From Steroidobacteraceae bacterium (lineage in GTDB: Bacteria > Pseudomonadota > Gammaproteobacteria > Steroidobacterales > Steroidobacteraceae), in contig DASWBL010000057.1 in NCBI GenBank assembly GCA_036390615.1, forward strand, positions 1-49,241: DNA of 49,241 nt, written 5' to 3'. The notes below the pieces were generated by a model that worked only from the letters and a program-made list of their open reading frames with translations, was not told the origin of the DNA and ran no database searches. This document shows positions 44,201 through 49,241 of the stretch, piece after piece (position 1 is the first letter of the stretch; each line of letters begins with the position of its first letter). The translations under genes and the position numbers were made by a program.

Positions 44201-45460
44201 ATGGATGTCAAGGCCATTGGATCTGCCCTGCGAGCGAAATCGCCGTGGTATTGGGTCCGTGTGGCGGTGATCGCTGTGCTCGGTATGCTGATCAGTCACT
44301 GGTTGGCCATTCGTACGCCTTATTGGCTGGTGGATTTTCGCCTGTCGGCCTACCAACTCCTGACCAGTGCCGGGTCGCGCAAGCCGCAATTTCGGCACAT
44401 CGACATCGTGCAGATTTCAGATGATGAATTCTGGAAAGGCGAGCTCGCCGGCCGCCGACCGACCAAGCGCACTTATATTGCGAAGCTCGTCAAATCTATC
44501 TGCCACGGCGGCGCGACGGCGATAGCCCTGGATTTTGATTTTCGCTCGCCAGCGGTGGACGGCAGCCTGGCAAATCACCCGGATTACGAATCCGAGACCG
44601 CGGATTTGGCGCAGGCCGTCAATGACGCTTCGACACACTGCAAGATCATTTTGCCAAGGACGCTGAACTGCCCAGATCCACCTGATGGCCTTTGCAATTC
44701 CGAGCCCAGCGTCCTTGATGCCTACCACTTTGATCCCGATCGCGTCTCTTGGGGGTATATCAACCTACCGGAGGACGTGCGGCAGGTCCCGTTGCGGCGC
44801 TCCAATGTCGATCGCGGAACTCTCGACTCCTTCTCGCAGGCCATTGCGGCGGCGGACACCGGGCAACAGCAGTCGCTGGCGGCACCACGCCAGTTCCCCT
44901 ACGGCAGCTTTATCGCCGAGCGAGCGTTTCAGGATGCCGATGTTGTAATCCAGGCCGGCAAAGTGCTTGCCAGCAGCGATCGCGAGCTCGCCAGTATTTT
45001 TAATGGCAATACCGTACTGATCGGCGGCTCCTGGCACGGCTACGCTTACGGCCGTGGCCCGATCGCGGACAATCACGCCACACCCGTCGGCCTGATGCCT
45101 GGCATTTTCCTGCACGCCAACTACGCAGCGGCGATTTTGGATGGGCGCACCAATCCGCCCGCCAGCGATCTGCTGAGCTATATTCTGGACGTGCTCATTG
45201 TTGCGTTGATTGGCGTCGCTTTTGCCCTGCCTATTAGTTGGTGGCGCCGCTGGCTGTGGATCGGCACGGCTGCGATAGCGTTAGTGGCTTTAACCTATTT
45301 CTTCTGGCAAAACGTCGGAGTATTCCTTGAGATAACGATTCCGGCCGTATTGTTGTTAATCCACTCGCTCTTCGACGAATACATGAAAATGCGCGAAGAG
45401 CTGGTTAACCTACGGACCGAGGTCGCGAATCTTCGCAAGCGCGCAGCGGCCGGATCATGA
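44201..45460 (+). CDS. CHASE2-domain membrane sensor with no recognisable output domain
   Basis: 419 aa with an N-terminal TM (WYWVRVAVIAVLGMLISHWLAI). CHASE2-like blocks are IDIVQISDDEFW, YIAKLVKSICHGGATAIALDFDF, VLIGGSW and TPVGLMPGIFLHANYAAAIL. Three C-terminal TM segments are followed by only a roughly 25-aa coiled tail (MREELVNLRTEVANLRKRAAAGS). Confidence 0.78.
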   Translation: MDVKAIGSALRAKSPWYWVRVAVIAVLGMLISHWLAIRTPYWLVDFRLSAYQLLTSAGSRKPQFRHIDIVQISDDEFWKGELAGRRPTKRTYIAKLVKSICHGGATAIALDFDFRSPAVDGSLANHPDYESETADLAQAVNDASTHCKIILPRTLNCPDPPDGLCNSEPSVLDAYHFDPDRVSWGYINLPEDVRQVPLRRSNVDRGTLDSFSQAIAAADTGQQQSLAAPRQFPYGSFIAERAFQDADVVIQAGKVLASSDRELASIFNGNTVLIGGSWHGYAYGRGPIADNHATPVGLMPGIFLHANYAAAILDGRTNPPASDLLSYILDVLIVALIGVAFALPISWWRRWLWIGTAAIALVALTYFFWQNVGVFLEITIPAVLLLIHSLFDEYMKMREELVNLRTEVANLRKRAAAGS

Positions 45461-45489
45461 TTGGCAAGTGAATCTACGGGGGAGGGTGC

Positions 45490-45702
45490 ATGGTGACCAA
45501 AAAGCCGCGTCAATTGATCCTGGTTGGCCTGTCCATGATGGCGACACTGGCCCTAGCGCAGTCTGATATGCCGGGTGGTGTACCTGCGGCCAGCCGGGAT
45601 ATTTCCGCGATCAAGCCGGGTACCGCCAAACCGGCGCCGAAGCATGGCACCAAACACAAGAAGGCCAAACCGGCGGCCAGCACTCCGATACCGGCCAAGT
45701 AG
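45490..45702 (+). CDS. Small secreted Lys/Pro-rich protein
   Basis: 70 aa with a strong RBS (GGGGGAGGG, ending 5 nt before the ATG) and a signal peptide (LILVGLSMMATLALAQS). The mature part is basic and low-complexity (KPGTAKPAPKHGTKHKKAKPAA). It starts 29 nt after the CHASE2 gene. I recognise no family. Confidence 0.5.
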   Translation: MVTKKPRQLILVGLSMMATLALAQSDMPGGVPAASRDISAIKPGTAKPAPKHGTKHKKAKPAASTPIPAK

Positions 45703-45766
45703 ACGCCGGTTCGATGGCGCTTTTGCTAGACTGCGCTAGCGTGGTCTGCCTGAGAGGAATCAGCTC

Positions 45767-46240
45767 ATGAAAGGTGATCAAAAGATCGTGCAGCACCTGA
45801 ATAAGGTGCTGAAAAATGAATTGGCCGCTATTAACCAGTACTTTCTACATTCGCGCATGTACGGTAACTGGGGACTTAAGCGGCTGGAGGACCACGAATA
45901 TAAGGAATCCATTGACGAGATGAAGCACGCTGACCGGCTGATCGCGCGCCTGCTGTTCCTGGAAGGTGTGCCCGTGATGGACACCGGTAAGTTATTCATC
46001 GGCAAGGATGTCCGGGAAATGCTCGGCAACGATCTGAAGCTTGAAGAGCTGGCTCATAAGGATCTGCGGTCTGCAATTGCCGATTGTGAGGCCGGTAACG
46101 ATTTTGTGTCGCGGGAGCTTTTTAAGGCGATACTTGAATCTGAGGAAGAGCATATTGATTGGCTCGAAACCCAGATCGATTTGATTCAGCGCATCGGTCT
46201 GGAAAATTATTGCCAGTCACAGATGGCAGCGAACGGCTAA
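45767..46240 (+). CDS. bfr: Bacterioferritin
   Basis: 157 aa. [61 protein letters not shown] is a near-textbook Bfr sequence, including the ferroxidase ligands and the haem-ligand Met in the [10 protein letters not shown] block. Confidence 0.95.
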   Translation: MKGDQKIVQHLNKVLKNELAAINQYFLHSRMYGNWGLKRLEDHEYKESIDEMKHADRLIARLLFLEGVPVMDTGKLFIGKDVREMLGNDLKLEELAHKDLRSAIADCEAGNDFVSRELFKAILESEEEHIDWLETQIDLIQRIGLENYCQSQMAANG

Positions 46241-46263
46241 CGGCTAACGGCTGGAAACTGCCC

Positions 46264-48177
46264 ATGAGTGGGGATGTTGGGTTCGGTAACCACCCCGCGG
46301 GGGCGGCCCGACGCGCGTTGGCGCCAGCTGCCGTCGCATGCATGGGCGTAGTCTTTGGCGATATCGGAACCAGCCCGCTTTACACACTCAATGTCGCCGC
46401 CAAAGCATCGAGCCCAGGAGGTGTAATAGCACCGGAAGCGGTGCTGGGCATTGTCTCGCTGATCTTCTGGTCGCTGATCATCGTCATATCCATCAAGTAC
46501 GCGATCCTGATCATGCGCGCCGACAATCACGGCGAAGGCGGCATATTGGCGCTGCTGGCATTGGTCAGTCCGCGGCGCGCCAAAGAGAGCCGCCGCCGCG
46601 CAATCATGGTCATCGTCGGGCTTGTTGGCGCATGCCTGCTTTACGGCGATGGGGCCATTACGCCGGCAATCTCGGTACTCAGCGCGATCGAAGGCATCAA
46701 GGTATACGCCCCGGAATTGGATCGCATCATCGTGCCGCTTTCGGTCGTGATCTTGCTGGCGTTGTTTTTCGTCCAACGCAAAGGCACGTCATTTATTGGC
46801 GGGATTTTTGGGCCCATCATGCTTGTCTGGTTCGTGGTGATCGGTGTTCTCGGCATCATCGGTATTGTGCGGGCGCCCGTTATACTCGAGGCACTCAGCC
46901 CGCTTCCGGCCATAACTTATCTTTGGCATGCGGGACCGCTTGCCTTCGCGGTAATCGGTGGCGCCTTCCTTGCGGTGACAGGTGGTGAGGCGTTCTATGC
47001 CGACATGGGGCACTTTGGCCCGCTGCCCATTCGCGTAGCGTGGTTTGGCCTGGCGCTGCCGGCTCTGACTCTTAATTATTTCGGACAGGGCGGTTTGTTG
47101 CTGACCCAGCCCACTGCGATGAACAGCCCGTTTTACGAATTGGCACCGCGCTGGGGCCATTACGGGCTGGTAGTGCTGGCCACCGTTGCAACGATCATTG
47201 CCTCGCAGTCGATCATTTCCGGCGCCTATTCTTTGACCCAGCAGGCCGTGCGGCTTGGATTTCTGCCGCGGCTCACGGTCATCCACACGGCCGGCCGTGA
47301 AATTGGCCAAATATATGTGCCGTTCGTAAACTGGGCTCTCGCCGCCGCGACCCTCACTGCCGTAATTGGCTTTGGATCCTCCGACGCGCTGGCCGGGGCA
47401 TTCGGCATCGCAGTCTCGCTGCTGATGGCAATCACAACGCTCATGGCGACTTTTGTGGCGTTGCACTGGAAATACAACATCTGGGCAGTTGCCCTCGTCA
47501 ACGGTAGTCTATTGGCCTTGGATCTGCTGTTTTTCGCCTCGACTACAACCAAGCTATTCGACGGCGGCTGGTTCCCGTTGCTGATCACCGCGATCGTTGC
47601 CTTTCTAATGCTCACGTGGCGCAAGGGGCAGGAAATTATGGACACGGTCCGCCTTGAAGTGCGGCAGCGCGCAAAGGATTTCATGGCGGCAATTGCGGCC
47701 GATCCGCCGATACGTATTCCCGGGACCGCGGTTGTCCTCGGCCGCATGGCACAAGGCGTACCGTTGCCGCTCACACAAAATCTCAAGCACAATCACGTTT
47801 TGCATGAACATATCGTGCTGGTTGCGGTGACAATGGCCGAAATCCCGTACGTATCGGACGATGAGCGAGTCGTGATCATGCCTCTCTGCGGCGACTTGGC
47901 TCGAGTTGAGCTACGCTTTGGCTTCATGGAACAGCCGGACGTACCGCTCGGACTGAGGGTCGGCGAGGCTACTGGAAAACTTTTGCTCGGGGACCTTGAC
48001 CAAGTGACCTATTACACCGGACACGAGACGATTTGCCCTTTGGGCAAGCGCCGCGAGATGTCGCCATGGCGCGAGCGCGTGTTCGTGCTGATGAATAAAA
48101 TATCCCAGCGGCCGGGGGCGTATTTTAGAATTCCTAGTGCGCAGATCATGGAAATCGGCGTGGAGTTCGAGATCTGA
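46264..48177 (+). CDS. kup: KUP/HAK/KT-family potassium uptake protein
   Basis: It has the conserved N-terminal block GVVFGDIGTSPLYT, about 12 TM segments and a cytosolic C-terminal domain. I prefer the ATG at 46264 (MSGDVGF); the longer ORF from 46159 would overlap bfr. Confidence 0.93.
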   Translation: MSGDVGFGNHPAGAARRALAPAAVACMGVVFGDIGTSPLYTLNVAAKASSPGGVIAPEAVLGIVSLIFWSLIIVISIKYAILIMRADNHGEGGILALLALVSPRRAKESRRRAIMVIVGLVGACLLYGDGAITPAISVLSAIEGIKVYAPELDRIIVPLSVVILLALFFVQRKGTSFIGGIFGPIMLVWFVVIGVLGIIGIVRAPVILEALSPLPAITYLWHAGPLAFAVIGGAFLAVTGGEAFYADMGHFGPLPIRVAWFGLALPALTLNYFGQGGLLLTQPTAMNSPFYELAPRWGHYGLVVLATVATIIASQSIISGAYSLTQQAVRLGFLPRLTVIHTAGREIGQIYVPFVNWALAAATLTAVIGFGSSDALAGAFGIAVSLLMAITTLMATFVALHWKYNIWAVALVNGSLLALDLLFFASTTTKLFDGGWFPLLITAIVAFLMLTWRKGQEIMDTVRLEVRQRAKDFMAAIAADPPIRIPGTAVVLGRMAQGVPLPLTQNLKHNHVLHEHIVLVAVTMAEIPYVSDDERVVIMPLCGDLARVELRFGFMEQPDVPLGLRVGEATGKLLLGDLDQVTYYTGHETICPLGKRREMSPWRERVFVLMNKISQRPGAYFRIPSAQIMEIGVEFEI

Positions 48178-48253
48178 GGCATGGCGCATCCGGATCCCTT
48201 TCATCCACTGAGCCCATTATGGATCCGACTGATTCGATTCTGAGGCGGCGCGG

Positions 48254-49241
48254 ATGAGTGCGTGGAATTCACCCGGGCCCAGGCGGCGCGCTCGCCCCGG
48301 CGTAATGACAGTTGCCTTGCTGGTCTTCGTGACAATAGTGGTCGGGTACCCGGTCCAAGCGAGACGATTGGCGTTGGTAATCGGCAACGACAGCTACCAG
48401 CACGCTGATCGGCTGAATAACGCCCGCACTGACGCCAAAGCATTCGCGGCCGTTCTATCGGCTACGAGCTTCACGGTCACTTTGAAGCAGGACCTTACGC
48501 TGCAAGCCATGAAAGAGGCGCTGCGAACGTTTAAAGCGCAAATCGCCGGCGGTGACGAGGTCGTGTTTTACTATTCAGGCCACGGCGTACAGCTCGATGG
48601 CAACAACTACCTGATCCCGATCGATACCGCGGGGCAAAACGCCGATCAGATCAAGGACGACTCGTTGTCGCTACAGCGAGTGTTGGATGACATGCAGGAT
48701 CAAAAAGCGAAATTCACGCTCGCGATCATTGACGCGTGCCGCGACGACCCGTTCAAGGGCAATGGCCGGGCAATCCGCAGTCGCGGCCTGGCGCCAGTCA
48801 CGGCGGCTACAGGCCAAATGGTCTTGTATTCGGCCGGAGCCGGACAGGAGGCGCTGGATAATCTTGGCGGCGCGGATAAGGATCCGAACGGTGTCTTTAC
48901 CCGCGTACTGATTAAAGAAATGCGAAAGCCGGGAGTGCCGGCGGAACAAGTACTCAAAAGCGTACGCGACCAAGTGGTACAAATGGCGAAGAGTGTGCAC
49001 CATGAGCAAGTGCCGGCACTTTATGATCAATCCATCGGTGAATTTTATTTTGTACCCGGCAACGCGGTGGCTGCCGCGGCGCCGACGCCTAGTATAGTGC
49101 ACGTGCAGACCGCTGATGAACGCGAGCAAACTTATTGGGATCGCGTCAAGGATAGCACCGATCCGGCGGATTTCACCGATTACAAGAAGCAGTTTCCGAA
49201 CGGGTCGCACGCGGCAGAAGCGGCGCTAATGCTGCGCAAGC
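48254..49241 (+). CDS. Secreted caspase-fold (peptidase C14) protein; 3' end lies outside the window
   Basis: This gene is not in the supplied ORF track because it has no stop within the window. Frame 2 is open from the ATG at 48254 (alternative ATG at 48305) to the window end. It has a signal/anchor segment MTVALLVFVTIVVGYPVQA. The caspase core is RLALVIGNDSYQH.. with catalytic His in VVFYYSGHGVQLDGNNYLIP and catalytic Cys in TLAIIDACRDDPF. A repeat-like tail follows (YWDRVKDSTDPADFTDYKKQFPNGSHAAEA). Confidence 0.82.
   Translation, partial: MSAWNSPGPRRRARPGVMTVALLVFVTIVVGYPVQARRLALVIGNDSYQHADRLNNARTDAKAFAAVLSATSFTVTLKQDLTLQAMKEALRTFKAQIAGGDEVVFYYSGHGVQLDGNNYLIPIDTAGQNADQIKDDSLSLQRVLDDMQDQKAKFTLAIIDACRDDPFKGNGRAIRSRGLAPVTAATGQMVLYSAGAGQEALDNLGGADKDPNGVFTRVLIKEMRKPGVPAEQVLKSVRDQVVQMAKSVHHEQVPALYDQSIGEFYFVPGNAVAAAAPTPSIVHVQTADEREQTYWDRVKDSTDPADFTDYKKQFPNGSHAAEAALMLRK

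Noticed and set aside
45703-45725. GGTTCGATGG resembling a tRNA T-arm
   Set aside because: It deviates from the GGTTCGAATCC-type consensus. There is no matching acceptor stem, anticodon arm or D-arm in the flanks, and the 64-bp spacer is too short for a tRNA.
46237-47792. Three long minus-strand ORFs (46237-46776, 46789-47466, 47226-47792) and a 216-aa plus-strand off-frame ORF (46338-46988)
   Set aside because: All lie inside kup, whose frame carries the conserved GDIGTSPLYT block and a regular TM pattern. The alternatives are low-complexity and Arg-rich.
48178-48253. Possible terminator after kup (two GGATCC sites)
   Set aside because: Each site is only self-palindromic. The potential stem is 6 bp with a loop of about 31 nt and no U-tract, so it is not a credible intrinsic terminator.
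48671-49210. 179-aa minus-strand ORF at the window end
   Set aside because: It is antisense to the open caspase-fold frame (YYSGHG / IIDACRD), which explains the region far better.
1-49241. Mobile elements, CRISPR arrays, prophage or classical defence genes
   Set aside because: I saw no transposase, integrase or recombinase-like ORF and no regularly spaced short repeats. I also saw no terminal inverted repeats or nuclease, helicase or methylase genes on either strand. The only repeat structures are the intragenic 147-bp duplication, the TPR units and the 13-bp promoter repeats.

Overview
This window looks like a chromosomal segment of a moderately high-GC Gram-negative bacterium, probably a proteobacterium. 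It is almost entirely protein-coding, with about 40 genes. I found no tRNA, rRNA, CRISPR array, transposase or integrase, and no classical helix-turn-helix transcription factor.

Gene content from left to right:
- 1-2.7 kb: secreted glycan hydrolases (GH144-like 3' fragment, GH39-like) and a small secreted unknown.
- 2.7-17.7 kb: a block that reads as phospholipid head-group, amino-alcohol and betaine catabolism.
  - It holds an OPT transporter and an AcpA/phospholipase-C-family phosphoesterase.
  - It holds a translationally coupled GS-like / aldehyde dehydrogenase / Fe-alcohol dehydrogenase trio, preceded by an IMPase-family phosphatase.
  - It holds a divergent operon of a choline/ethanolamine-kinase-family gene, a DMGDH-like gene and a BHMT-like gene, followed by an APC permease.
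- 18.0-20.4 kb: a SEC-C / TPR / sulfotransferase fusion.
- 20.5-30.6 kb: a roughly 10 kb same-strand supercluster.
  - The first part is a PotFGHI/PhnSTUV-type ABC importer plus a DAO-family flavoenzyme.
  - The second part is an MFS(OPA) / PhnZ-like HD-domain oxygenase / PF12831-type flavoprotein / MFS operon.
- 30.8-40.5 kb: class-I amidotransferase-like protein, GAF-GGDEF cyclase, and an envelope cluster (MscS, BON, SYLF, YXWGXW-repeat protein, half-size PqiA plus 2-MCE PqiB, MltF).
- 40.8-44 kb: coupled membrane desaturase and CFA-synthase-like methyltransferase, then an orphan RskA-type anti-sigma factor.
- 44.2-49.2 kb: output-less CHASE2 sensor plus a small secreted basic protein, bfr, kup, and a secreted caspase-fold (C14) protease that runs off the window and is missing from the supplied ORF track.

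The best candidate for an undescribed system is the HD-oxygenase/flavoprotein/dual-MFS operon. It has the C-P-cleaving half of the oxidative aminophosphonate route but no 2-oxoglutarate hydroxylase partner. Second is the CHASE2 / small secreted protein / caspase neighbourhood. All functional calls come from reading motifs by eye, and none has been checked against a database.
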